This document shows, one piece after another, positions 1 through 9,116 of a stretch of DNA of 64,000 bases. Numbering within the stretch: the stretch's first letter is position 1; each line of letters starts with the position of its first letter. This DNA is from an uncultured virus (IMG/VR IMGVR_UViG_3300042319_002819) (Duplodnaviria; Heunggongvirae; Uroviricota; Caudoviricetes). The DNA lies in the IMG/VR virus record IMGVR_UViG_3300042319_002819. One strand, 5' to 3'. Below the pieces are notes generated by a model. That model worked only from the letters and a program-made list of their open reading frames with translations. It ran no database searches and was not told where the DNA came from. The position numbers and the translations under genes are program-made.

Positions 1-100
1 AGGCGCGGAACCCGAAGTTGACGATTCTGATATGAATCCAGATCAAGCTCGCGCTACCGTGGATAAAATGGCCAAAAGAGCCGCTAGTAAAGGAATTTAA
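1..100 (+). CDS. 3' end of a hypothetical protein (truncated by window edge)
   Basis: Open frame ...VDKMAKRAASKGI* ending TAA at 98-100. Confidence 0.5.
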   Translation, partial: GAEPEVDDSDMNPDQARATVDKMAKRAASKGI

Positions 101-101
101 C

Positions 102-218
102 ATGTTAGAAACTATCTTTTTAATAGCCATTGGTGCCTTTATTGGCTGGAACTTCCCTCAACCAGAATTTGCTCGTAATATTCAGAAGAAAGTAGTTGAC
201 TTCTTTTCAAAAAAGTAG
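102..218 (+). CDS. small membrane protein (38 aa, not in ORF track)
   Basis: AAGGA RBS, MLETIFLIAIGAFIGWNFPQPEFARNIQKKVVDFFSKK*, one hydrophobic helix. Confidence 0.65.
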   Translation: MLETIFLIAIGAFIGWNFPQPEFARNIQKKVVDFFSKK

Positions 219-279
219 TATACTAAACTGATGGGTAATGCGTTATATAATAATAACACTTACATTCGAGGAGATCATT

Positions 280-618
280 ATGAAAAAATTATTTGCAGTC
301 TTATTACTGGCTATCGCCGCAGTACCAGCCTTTGCTGGCCCTGAACGTCACGGTTCTAGACTAGTAGTCGAACCTCGTTGGCAGGTACACCACCAATACC
401 ATCATAGACATAGTCACTGGCGCCACAATGGCGGATTGAATTGGATGGTTCCGGCTATCATAGGTGGCGCAGTAATTTATAGTGCAACACGCCCAGATCC
501 AGTTATTGTACAACCTCCAGTGCAGGTAATACAAACACAAAAACAAAATTGCAGTCCTTGGACCGAAACAGAAAATTCTGATGGCACAGTTACACGAACA
601 AGAACCTGCACACAGTAA
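280..618 (+). CDS. exported His-rich hypothetical protein
   Basis: GAGGAG RBS before ATG 280; signal peptide MKKLFAVLLLAIAAVPAFA; His-rich stretch and C-terminal Cys pair. Confidence 0.7.
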   Translation: MKKLFAVLLLAIAAVPAFAGPERHGSRLVVEPRWQVHHQYHHRHSHWRHNGGLNWMVPAIIGGAVIYSATRPDPVIVQPPVQVIQTQKQNCSPWTETENSDGTVTRTRTCTQ

Positions 619-622
619 CACG

Positions 623-763
623 TTGCAGTTTGAAAATTACAAACGCTACGTATTCAAATGCAAATGCGGATGCGACCAGCATTGTGGACACGGATGTTCC
701 AAATGTGATTATTGCCCTGACTGCGAATGTGAAATATGTATAGCAGGACAGGGATATAACTAG
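623..763 (+). CDS. Cys-rich, metallothionein-like peptide (start uncertain)
   Basis: CKCGCDQHCGHGCSKCDYCPDCECEIC, 10 Cys + 2 His in 27 aa; fills gap between genes; TTG start assumed. Confidence 0.5.
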   Translation: MQFENYKRYVFKCKCGCDQHCGHGCSKCDYCPDCECEICIAGQGYN

Positions 764-1359
764 TGAAGCAGTCCAACGCCATAGAGCGTTATTTGATTAG
801 TGCTCCTCCGCGAGTTGGGGGTAATTTAATTGCAGATATAATAAAATCTGCAGGTGATAAAACTTTTTTAAAAACTGTACACTCACATGATCCGCGGTAC
901 GTGTTAGACAATTATTCGAATACCGCATTAATAATTGTAAAACGTCGAGATGCATTTGCATCAATAATGTCCAATTGTATTGTTTGGCATACACAACAAT
1001 CTACAATTTATAGTAATCAGACTATTGTTCCGTTTACTGTCAGTGAAGAAGATTTTTTATGGCAATATGGTTTTAACACATGGCATTCAAAAAGTGTTGA
1101 TTTGTCAAGGCCATATGCAGTGATTGAAGAGTTTTATTTTGAAGATTTTGTAAATGACCATCAGCATGTTTTGGATCGATTGGGATTGGTATCAAATACT
1201 TTTCGAGCTCGTAGGCTTAACTTTTTAAACAAAGCCCCTTACAACTACCGCAATGTGGTGTTAAATTATAAACAGTTAAAAGTTTTGTTTGACGGCCTGG
1301 ATCCTGAACGCACACCTAACCCATACATTGACGGGTATCAATCAATGTTAAACAAATAG
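763..1359 (+). CDS. sulfotransferase-like (P-loop, Stf0-type) protein
   Basis: N-terminal ISAPPRVGGNL resembles the PAPS-binding loop; later IIVKRRD..ASIMS and FYFEDF motifs. Confidence 0.5.
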   Translation: MKQSNAIERYLISAPPRVGGNLIADIIKSAGDKTFLKTVHSHDPRYVLDNYSNTALIIVKRRDAFASIMSNCIVWHTQQSTIYSNQTIVPFTVSEEDFLWQYGFNTWHSKSVDLSRPYAVIEEFYFEDFVNDHQHVLDRLGLVSNTFRARRLNFLNKAPYNYRNVVLNYKQLKVLFDGLDPERTPNPYIDGYQSMLNK

Positions 1360-1370
1360 AAAGAATTATT

Positions 1371-1760
1371 ATGGCATACTCAGAAAAAGTGGTTGATCAT
1401 TATGAAAACCCCCGGAACGTTGGATCTTTTGATAAGAGTAATACTGATATTGGTACTGGCATGGTTGGTGCCCCAGCTTGTGGCGATGTTATGAAACTTC
1501 AAATCAAAGTAAATACTGAAGGAGTCATTACAGATGCCAGATTTAAAACATATGGTTGCGGCTCGGCGATTGCGAGTAGTTCGCTCATTACTGAGTGGGT
1601 CAAAGGACGCACACTTGACGAGGCGGCAGCGATCAAAAATAGCGAGATTGCTGATGAGCTTGCCCTCCCCCCTGTTAAAATTCACTGTTCAATACTTGCA
1701 GAAGATGCCATCAAAGCGGCGGTAGCAGATTATAAAGCAAAACATGATCTCGCTAACTGA
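1371..1760 (+). CDS. iscU: Fe-S cluster scaffold IscU
   Basis: MAYSEKVVDHYENPRNVG, APACGDVM, FKTYGCGSAIASSS, LPPVKIHCSILAEDA. Confidence 0.97.
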   Translation: MAYSEKVVDHYENPRNVGSFDKSNTDIGTGMVGAPACGDVMKLQIKVNTEGVITDARFKTYGCGSAIASSSLITEWVKGRTLDEAAAIKNSEIADELALPPVKIHCSILAEDAIKAAVADYKAKHDLAN

Positions 1761-2064
1761 ACAAGCAGCCAAAAAAGTAAAATTACAAATTCAAAAGCGC
1801 GGCCAAGGCGACGGTATTCGAATAGGTGTTCGAACCACTGGTTGCTCGGGGCTTGCTTATGTGTTAGAATATGTTGATGCTGTAGACGAACATGATCAAC
1901 TATTCGAATCTCTAGGTGTTAATGTTTACATTGATCCAAAAAGTCTGGCTTATATTCAAGGCCTTGAAATGGATTGGGTCCGCAATGGACTCAACGAAGG
2001 CTTTGAATTTCGCAACCCCAATGAACGTGACCGCTGTGGTTGCGGAGAAAGTTTTAGAATCTAA
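1744..2064 (+). CDS. iscA: A-type Fe-S carrier IscA
   Basis: GCSGLAY and NPN...CGCGESF motifs; coupled to iscU. Confidence 0.93.
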   Translation: MISLTEQAAKKVKLQIQKRGQGDGIRIGVRTTGCSGLAYVLEYVDAVDEHDQLFESLGVNVYIDPKSLAYIQGLEMDWVRNGLNEGFEFRNPNERDRCGCGESFRI

Positions 2065-2774
2065 TGATAACTCAACGCTATAATTACGCCCCGCTTGATA
2101 GAACAACCATCAACGGCAAACGACATTATTGTTTGCCCGACGGCAGCAAAGTTCCCAGTGTCACCACCATACTAGATCGTACCAAGCCTGAAGAAAAGCG
2201 CCAGGCTCTTGCAAACTGGAAAAAGCGTGTGGGCGAGCAACAAGCACAGCAAATTACCACAGAAGCTGCCAATCGAGGCACCAGAATGCATGCCTACCTA
2301 GAGCATTATGCACTGCAATCAGACATGAAACCCTTGCCCGGAAATCCTTTCGCACAGCCCAGTTGGTTTATGGCCGCAGAAGTTATCCTTCAAGGTCTGG
2401 GCAATGTGGATGAATTTTGGGGAGTAGAGGTTCCAGTTTATTACAGTGGGTTATATGCAGGAACCACAGACTGTCTTGGGTTATGGAAAGGACAGCCTGC
2501 AATCATTGATTTTAAACAAACCAACAAGCCCAAAAAACGTGAATGGATTGATGACTATTTTATCCAACTTGCAGCCTATGCCTCGGCACATAATAGCACC
2601 CACGGCACAGATATCAAAACAGGGGTGATCATGATGGCCCAACAACCTGCAGTTTTGCCCGACGGCGCACTAGGCAAACCGGTTTACACTGAATATGTGA
2701 TTGAACAGGACGAGTTTGCACACTGGAACAACGAGTGGAACAAACGTGTGGAACAGTACTACATGATCAGCTAA
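2064..2774 (+). CDS. PD-(D/E)XK exonuclease (MGME1/Cas4-like phage type)
   Basis: PSVTTIL, RGTRMH, YAGTTD, IIDFK, QLAAYA motifs. Confidence 0.85.
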   Translation: MITQRYNYAPLDRTTINGKRHYCLPDGSKVPSVTTILDRTKPEEKRQALANWKKRVGEQQAQQITTEAANRGTRMHAYLEHYALQSDMKPLPGNPFAQPSWFMAAEVILQGLGNVDEFWGVEVPVYYSGLYAGTTDCLGLWKGQPAIIDFKQTNKPKKREWIDDYFIQLAAYASAHNSTHGTDIKTGVIMMAQQPAVLPDGALGKPVYTEYVIEQDEFAHWNNEWNKRVEQYYMIS

Positions 2775-2798
2775 ATACTCTAAACAGAGGATACTACC

Positions 2799-4367
2799 GT
2801 GGCTATAGTACAGATTTCACGAATTACCAACCGTAAAGGTTACACAGAAGATTTACCGCAGTTAGCCGGCGCAGAACTTGGCTGGTGCGTTGATAGTCGT
2901 CGCTTGTTCATTGGCAACGGAACCCTACAAGATGGCGCCCCAGAAATTGGAAATACTGAAATACTAACCCAGTATTCAGATATCACAACACTCAGCAATT
3001 ACACCTATGCAGATATAGCAGTGGGGTATGCCGCACAAACCGGCCCCACAAGTAGCACTCCTGTGGTACGCACAGTTCAGGCCAAATTGGATGACATGGC
3101 CAGTGTCAGAGACTTTGGGGCAGTGGGTGATGGAGTAGCAGACGACACGGCTGCCATTTCCCGAGCATTCTATCAACTTTACTGCCGAGAAAATAACACA
3201 CAAATTCGTCGTAGTTTGTTTTTCCCAGCCGGCACATATAGAATCACTAGCACAGTTGTTATTCCCACCTATGCTCGTTTAGTGGGCGAAGGTATCAATA
3301 GTTCAATCATTCTACTACAACCCGATGATTCTTCTATACCCAATTACGTGGCCCAGTATGGTGACAGCCGCCAGCAAACTGGTGCCAGCATTGGCAACAA
3401 TGGCGCTACCCCTCCTACCAACATTGAGATCAACAACATGGCATTTCAATCTGCCATCAGCACCAATGTGTTTTTGGTCGATCAAGCCACTCAATGCTCA
3501 TTTTCCAATGTTGGGTTTGTTGGCAACGTCACTTTGTCTGAGTTGGCTGCCGCTGGTGCAACTCCGTTAGATGACAGTTTTGCTGTGGGATTTGCCAGCA
3601 TTGGATCAAATATTTGCAACAACATTGTGTTTGAACAATGTGCATTCACCAACATCAAGTACGGCATCAGCACAGACGCATTGTTAAATGCTGCCGTGGT
3701 GTCTAACAGTCAATTCAACACTGTTTACCAAGGAATAGTGTTGGACAGCAACGTAACTGGATTCCGTGCTGTGCACAACTTCTTTGACAATGTCTACTAT
3801 CAAGGCATTGTCTATGATCAGGTCAGTCTCAACGTTTCTGCCTTCAATATATTTTACAATGTAGGCAACAGCATTGGCGCAACCAATCCCACATCAGCAG
3901 TGATTTCTTTTGGCAACGACAACAATGTTTCATCCAATGATTTGTTTGAACGCAGTGATGCTGATGCATTTGAAATACCGCGTGTTGAAATTTTAAGCAC
4001 CAGTGCAGCCACCGGCGGCACATTGTTACAAATGGGTCAGTATGCTAGAGAAGCTGGTCGCAGTTTTACTTTAGATGATAATTCAGCCAATCAAACTATT
4101 CTCAATGTTAACAGTGAAGTCACTCGCGCATTTCAAATGCAATACACCATAGTGCGAGATGTCGGTGTTAGAACTGGCATATTGACTGTGACTAGTGCAC
4201 CAACAGATAGTACGCTACCGAACTACACTGACGACTACACTGAAAATGTGAATTGCGGCGTTACACTTGCAGTGGACCAATCAGCCAATCAGGTATCAGT
4301 TGAATACACTACCACCAGCACTGGATTTGTTGGATTCTTGACTTATTCAATATCACATTTAGCCTAA
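2799..4367 (+). CDS. virion structural protein with N-terminal Mtd_N-like head and pectate-lyase-3-like beta-helix
   Basis: LPQLAGAELGW..DSRRLFIGNG head motif; SVRDFGAVGDGVADDTAAI and FFPAGTY; TAAATA upstream. Confidence 0.8.
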   Translation: MAIVQISRITNRKGYTEDLPQLAGAELGWCVDSRRLFIGNGTLQDGAPEIGNTEILTQYSDITTLSNYTYADIAVGYAAQTGPTSSTPVVRTVQAKLDDMASVRDFGAVGDGVADDTAAISRAFYQLYCRENNTQIRRSLFFPAGTYRITSTVVIPTYARLVGEGINSSIILLQPDDSSIPNYVAQYGDSRQQTGASIGNNGATPPTNIEINNMAFQSAISTNVFLVDQATQCSFSNVGFVGNVTLSELAAAGATPLDDSFAVGFASIGSNICNNIVFEQCAFTNIKYGISTDALLNAAVVSNSQFNTVYQGIVLDSNVTGFRAVHNFFDNVYYQGIVYDQVSLNVSAFNIFYNVGNSIGATNPTSAVISFGNDNNVSSNDLFERSDADAFEIPRVEILSTSAATGGTLLQMGQYAREAGRSFTLDDNSANQTILNVNSEVTRAFQMQYTIVRDVGVRTGILTVTSAPTDSTLPNYTDDYTENVNCGVTLAVDQSANQVSVEYTTTSTGFVGFLTYSISHLA

Positions 4368-4370
4368 AAC

Positions 4371-4805
4371 GTGTGGCCTGATTTATTTGAACAACGGCTG
4401 GCCGATTGGTACAGCCTAAGATCCAATCCCAACAATCTTACCCAAGAACAATACCTCCACGCAGTCAACGACTGGTGGTGGCGTGTACCTATGGTCAATC
4501 AATATTTGAATTGGGATAACTACACAACTTGGCCAGGTCCTTGGGACTTATTGGAAAAAAATCACTACTGTGATCTTGCAAGATGCCAGGGAATAGCGTA
4601 TACTATACTAATGTCATCATGCCCAGGCATAGAATCTCTATCCGTGGCGCAGACAGATCGGGGCAATTTAGTCCTGGTCAACCATGGAAAATATATACTG
4701 AATTGGGCCCCAGGTGAACTGTTAAATATCGACTCAACGGCAATAACAATAACTCGGCAAATTAGTGCTGAACAATTACAACAACATTTAGGTTACAACA
4801 TATGA
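4371..4805 (+). CDS. hypothetical protein, possibly transglutaminase/cysteine-protease-like
   Basis: WPGPWDLL....YCD...GIAYTI resembles the BTLCP-type core; coupled to nrdA. Confidence 0.45.
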   Translation: MWPDLFEQRLADWYSLRSNPNNLTQEQYLHAVNDWWWRVPMVNQYLNWDNYTTWPGPWDLLEKNHYCDLARCQGIAYTILMSSCPGIESLSVAQTDRGNLVLVNHGKYILNWAPGELLNIDSTAITITRQISAEQLQQHLGYNI

Positions 4806-7117
4806 CGCAAATACAAGTACAAAAAAGAGGTGGTAGACGAGAACTACTAGACATTGAAAAACTGCACAAAGTAGTTTTTTGGGCAACCCAGGGAATAACT
4901 GGTGTATCGGCAAGTGAGGTAGAAATAAAAAGTCACCTACAATTTTACAATGGTATTGCTACAGCAAGTATACAAGAAACATTAATTAAAAGCGCCGCAG
5001 ATTTAATCAGCGAAGAAAATCCAAATTATCAGTATGTGGCAGGAAGATTGATTTGCTATCACTTACGAAAACAAGTGTACGGTGCATTTACTCCCAGCCA
5101 TATACTTGATCTAGTTAAGAAAAACATTGAGCGTGGATTTTATGATGCTGAATTGTTGGCCGAATATTCAGCTGATGACTGGGAGAAAATCAATGGATTT
5201 GTTAGACACGAACGAGATGAACAACTAACTTATGCCGCAATGGAACAACTGCGCGGCAAATATCTAGTACAAAATCGTGTAACCAAAGAAATATTTGAAA
5301 CTCCACAAATGGCCTATGTGCTAATTGCAGCCACACTTTTTAGCAAGTATCCCACAGAAACAAGATTGACCTATGTCAAAGATTATTACGATGCTATTAG
5401 CACACACCAAATTAGTTTGCCCACACCAGTCATGGCCGGAGTTCGAACACCACAACGACAATTCTCTAGCTGTGTGTTAATTGAAACCAACGACAGCTTA
5501 GATAGCATCAACGCCACCACTTCAAGCATTGTAAAGTATGTAAGTCAAAAGGCAGGTATTGGCATCGGAGCCGGTCGTATTCGTGCTCTTGGCAGTCCCA
5601 TTCGTAATGGTGATGCTTATCACACTGGCGTAATTCCTTTTTATAAAATGTTTCAGGCAGCCACACGTAGCTGTAGTCAAGGTGGAGTGCGCAATGGCGC
5701 GGCAACGTTGTATTATCCAGTATGGCACTTAGAAGTTGAAGATCTATTAGTACTCAAAAACAACAAAGGCACCGACGATAACCGTGTACGCCATATGGAC
5801 TATGGCGTACAATTCAACAAAGTCATGTACGAACGTTTGTTAACCAATGGCGACATCACTTTGTTTTCGCCCAATGATGTTCCAGAAATGTTTGATGCAT
5901 TTTACAAAGACGTAGATCGTTTCCGCGAGTTATATGAGACCGCAGAACGCAATACCAAACTACGCAAGAAAAAAATCAAAGCCATTGATTTGTTTTCAAT
6001 GTTTGTACAGGAACGCAAAGACACTGGCCGTGTGTACTTAATGAATGTTGACCATGCAAACTCGCATGGTAGTTTCATTGCCGATGTTGCGCCAATTAGA
6101 CAAAGCAATCTTTGCTGTGAAATTGACTTGCCCACAAAACCGCTCAATGACATCAACGATCCCGAAGGTGAGATTGCATTGTGCACACTCAGCGCATTGA
6201 ACTGGGGTGTGTTTAAAAATCCCGAAGACATGGAAAGAGCCTGTACTCTGGCAGTTCGTGGACTTGACGCATTGTTGAGTTACCAACACTATCCTATTCT
6301 GGCTGCTCAGCTGGCCACAGAGAATCGCCGCCCGCTTGGTGTCGGCATCATTAATTTGGCCTATTGGTTGGCCAAGAATGATCTCAGCTACAGTGATCCA
6401 GCGGCATTGGCCAAGGTTGACGAATGGGCACAACACTGGAGTTATTATCTCATCAAAGCCAGTGCTGATCTTGCTGAAGAATTTGGCGCATGTCCCAAGA
6501 GCAATGAGACCAAGTACCATCTAGGAGTATTGCCAGTTGACACTTACAAACGAGAAGTTGATGAATTGGTGACACACCGTGATGTTGTTGACTGGACCGG
6601 CCTACGTGATCAACTCAAGCGCACCGGAATTCGTAACAGTACATTGATGGCACTAATGCCAGCAGAAACATCGGCACAAATTTCAAATGCCACCAACGGC
6701 ATTGAGCCACCACGTAGCTATGTAAGCATCAAACAAAGCAAGGACGGTGTGCTCAAGCAAGTAGTACCAGAATATCGCCGTTTGAAAAACAAATACGAAT
6801 TGCTGTGGGATCAAAAAAGTCCCGAAGGCTATTTAAAAATATGTGCAGTATTACAAAAGTACATTGACCAAGGCATCAGTGTCAATACCTCATACAATCC
6901 CCAGCACTATGATGAAGAGAAGATCACCATGAGTGACATGCTCAAACATTTAGTAATGTTTTACAAATATGGTGGAAAGCAGTTGTATTATTTTAATACC
7001 TATGATGGGTCAGGCGAAATTGATATTGAACGTCTTTCACGTAAAAGTATTCTCATTGAAAGTGTGATTCCTACTACCAATGATGAAATTGACGATTGCG
7101 ATAGTTGCAAAATTTAA
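4802..7117 (+). CDS. nrdA: class Ia ribonucleotide reductase alpha subunit with ATP cone
   Basis: VQKRGG ATP cone, QFSSCVL, SNLCCEI, MPAETS, C-terminal CDSCKI. Confidence 0.98.
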   Translation: MTQIQVQKRGGRRELLDIEKLHKVVFWATQGITGVSASEVEIKSHLQFYNGIATASIQETLIKSAADLISEENPNYQYVAGRLICYHLRKQVYGAFTPSHILDLVKKNIERGFYDAELLAEYSADDWEKINGFVRHERDEQLTYAAMEQLRGKYLVQNRVTKEIFETPQMAYVLIAATLFSKYPTETRLTYVKDYYDAISTHQISLPTPVMAGVRTPQRQFSSCVLIETNDSLDSINATTSSIVKYVSQKAGIGIGAGRIRALGSPIRNGDAYHTGVIPFYKMFQAATRSCSQGGVRNGAATLYYPVWHLEVEDLLVLKNNKGTDDNRVRHMDYGVQFNKVMYERLLTNGDITLFSPNDVPEMFDAFYKDVDRFRELYETAERNTKLRKKKIKAIDLFSMFVQERKDTGRVYLMNVDHANSHGSFIADVAPIRQSNLCCEIDLPTKPLNDINDPEGEIALCTLSALNWGVFKNPEDMERACTLAVRGLDALLSYQHYPILAAQLATENRRPLGVGIINLAYWLAKNDLSYSDPAALAKVDEWAQHWSYYLIKASADLAEEFGACPKSNETKYHLGVLPVDTYKREVDELVTHRDVVDWTGLRDQLKRTGIRNSTLMALMPAETSAQISNATNGIEPPRSYVSIKQSKDGVLKQVVPEYRRLKNKYELLWDQKSPEGYLKICAVLQKYIDQGISVNTSYNPQHYDEEKITMSDMLKHLVMFYKYGGKQLYYFNTYDGSGEIDIERLSRKSILIESVIPTTNDEIDDCDSCKI

Positions 7118-7128
7118 AAGGAATAATT

Positions 7129-8256
7129 ATGACAGTATTCAACACCACAAAAAACCGTGACCACACCACCAGCTTGGCCTTCTTTGATCCTGCAGGGTCA
7201 GTTGGCATTCAAAGATATGACACATTAAAATATCGTCAATTTGACAAGTTAACTGACAAGCAATTGGGATTCTTTTGGCGCCCAGAAGAAATTGATGTCT
7301 TGCGTGATGCCAAAGATTTCAAAGATCTCACTGACAATGAACAACATATTTTTACTAGTAACCTAAAACGACAAATTTTACTTGACAGTGTGCAAGGACG
7401 TAGTCCCAACCTGGCATTTTTGCCGTTGGCCACAATTCCTGAATTAGAAACATGGATTGAGACTTGGGCCTTCAATGAGACGATCCACAGTCGCAGTTAC
7501 ACTCACATCATCCGCAATATCTATGCCAACCCCAGTCGAATTTTTGATGAACTGTTAGACATTGAAGAAATTTCTAATTGCGCCAAGGACATCAGTTATT
7601 ACTATGACACATTGATCAGTGCCAGTTTAGCCTATCAATATCTTGGAGTTGGCAATCATCAAGTCAACGGTAAGGAAATCATTGTAGATCTTTACGAACT
7701 TAAGAAAAAGTTGTGGTTGGCACTAAATTCAGTGAATGCACTGGAAGGCATACGATTTTATGTGAGCTTTGCATGTAGTTGGGCATTTGCTGAACTCAAG
7801 AAGATGGAAGGCAACGCAAAAATCATCAAGTTAATCTGTCGTGACGAAAACGTTCACCTAGGTAGCACACAGACATTATTAAAATTGTTGCCTACTGATG
7901 ATCCTGACTTTGCACAAATCAAAGAGGAGTGTCTGCCAGAGGTAAGTAGTATGTTTAACGCGGTTGTTCAACAAGAAAAAGATTGGGCACACTATTTGTT
8001 CAACAACGGTAGTATGATTGGTCTTAACAAACAGCTTCTGTGCGATTACATTGAGTGGATCGCACACAAGCGTATGACTGCGTTGGGCCTACCCAACAAC
8101 TATCGAGGTGGCAGCAATCCATTACCATGGACTGCCAAATGGATTGCCGGGTCAGACGTACAAGTTGCCCCACAAGAAACTGAAATTACCAGCTACGTGG
8201 TTGGCGGCACAAAACAAGACGTAACAGAAACAACATTATCAGGACTAAGTTTATGA
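7129..8256 (+). CDS. nrdB: class Ia ribonucleotide reductase beta subunit
   Basis: FFWRPEE, ETIHSRSYTH, LEGIRFYVSF, RDENVH, VAPQETEITSY. Confidence 0.98.
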   Translation: MTVFNTTKNRDHTTSLAFFDPAGSVGIQRYDTLKYRQFDKLTDKQLGFFWRPEEIDVLRDAKDFKDLTDNEQHIFTSNLKRQILLDSVQGRSPNLAFLPLATIPELETWIETWAFNETIHSRSYTHIIRNIYANPSRIFDELLDIEEISNCAKDISYYYDTLISASLAYQYLGVGNHQVNGKEIIVDLYELKKKLWLALNSVNALEGIRFYVSFACSWAFAELKKMEGNAKIIKLICRDENVHLGSTQTLLKLLPTDDPDFAQIKEECLPEVSSMFNAVVQQEKDWAHYLFNNGSMIGLNKQLLCDYIEWIAHKRMTALGLPNNYRGGSNPLPWTAKWIAGSDVQVAPQETEITSYVVGGTKQDVTETTLSGLSL

Positions 8257-8528
8257 GCAATTTAACAGTTTATACCATACCAGTTTGCCCGCATTGCACA
8301 AATGCAAAAAAATTCTTACAGGCACATGAAATACCTTTTGAAGAAATCAATATTTTGGACAAAGATAGATTGGCTGAAAACACAATGATTAGAGAAAAGT
8401 ATCGCACTGTTCCTCAAATATTTTTCAATGGTGAATTATTTGTGGAAGGTGGATGGTCAGGCCTAAGTAAGTTATCTCCTAGCGACATCAAAAATCAAAT
8501 AGGATTAACTGATTTAGGAACCTTATGA
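8253..8528 (+). CDS. glutaredoxin
   Basis: CPHC active site, TVPQIF, GG; follows nrdB. Confidence 0.9.
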   Translation: MSNLTVYTIPVCPHCTNAKKFLQAHEIPFEEINILDKDRLAENTMIREKYRTVPQIFFNGELFVEGGWSGLSKLSPSDIKNQIGLTDLGTL

Positions 8529-8827
8529 TCATTGAAACAAACAAAACATACACATTCAAACTCGTCAGCGGTGAGGAATTTGTGGCCAAAGTCACAGAAG
8601 TCCATGCAGACTACTACATGATTAGTCAACCCATCAGCACTGTTATTAGTCCACAAGGGCTCCAAATGGTGCCAAGTTTATTCTCGGCAAATCTTGACGG
8701 AGATGTGCGGCTAAATATTAGCAGTTACTCAATGGTGGCTGAGCCCAGAGAAGATGTAGCTGACAGCTATCGTCAAGCAACAACTGGCATCACAGTGCCT
8801 GCGAGAAAGCAAATTATCACAGGGTAA
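8525..8827 (+). CDS. conserved T4-like phage protein (Sm-like fold)
   Basis: FKLVSGEEFVAKV ... Y.QATTGI pattern typical of T4-like hypothetical proteins. Confidence 0.55.
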   Translation: MIIETNKTYTFKLVSGEEFVAKVTEVHADYYMISQPISTVISPQGLQMVPSLFSANLDGDVRLNISSYSMVAEPREDVADSYRQATTGITVPARKQIITG

Positions 8828-8838
8828 ATGGAGAAAAT

Positions 8839-9114
8839 ATGCCAGCAGTATGTCGAGTAAATGATCAAAATAGTCATAAGCCACCTGGCCGTATACTAGG
8901 CGGAGTATCGTCTGTGATAGTCAATGGCCGCCCTATTGCTGTTGTTGGCAACAAGCTTACTCCCCATGGCAAAGGCAAACACGCAAAATCCATGGTACAA
9001 AAAGGCAGCGGCTCAGTATTTGCTGGCGGCAAAAAAGTAACCTATGTTGGGGCCACCGATGATTGCGGCGACACTCATATTACTGGCAGTGGCGACGTTT
9101 TTGTAGGTGGTTGA
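8839..9114 (+). CDS. PAAR spike-tip protein
   Basis: MPAVCRVND, SVIVNGRPIAVVG, GSGSVFAGGK, CG....TGSGDVFVG repeats. Confidence 0.9.
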   Translation: MPAVCRVNDQNSHKPPGRILGGVSSVIVNGRPIAVVGNKLTPHGKGKHAKSMVQKGSGSVFAGGKKVTYVGATDDCGDTHITGSGDVFVGG

Positions 9115-9116
9115 AG

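Noticed and set aside
2799..4367. Diversity-generating retroelement suggested by the Mtd_N-like head
   Set aside because: No reverse transcriptase and no TR/VR repeat pair seen in the window
4802..8256. Introns or inteins in nrdA/nrdB
   Set aside because: Both ORFs are continuous and of normal length
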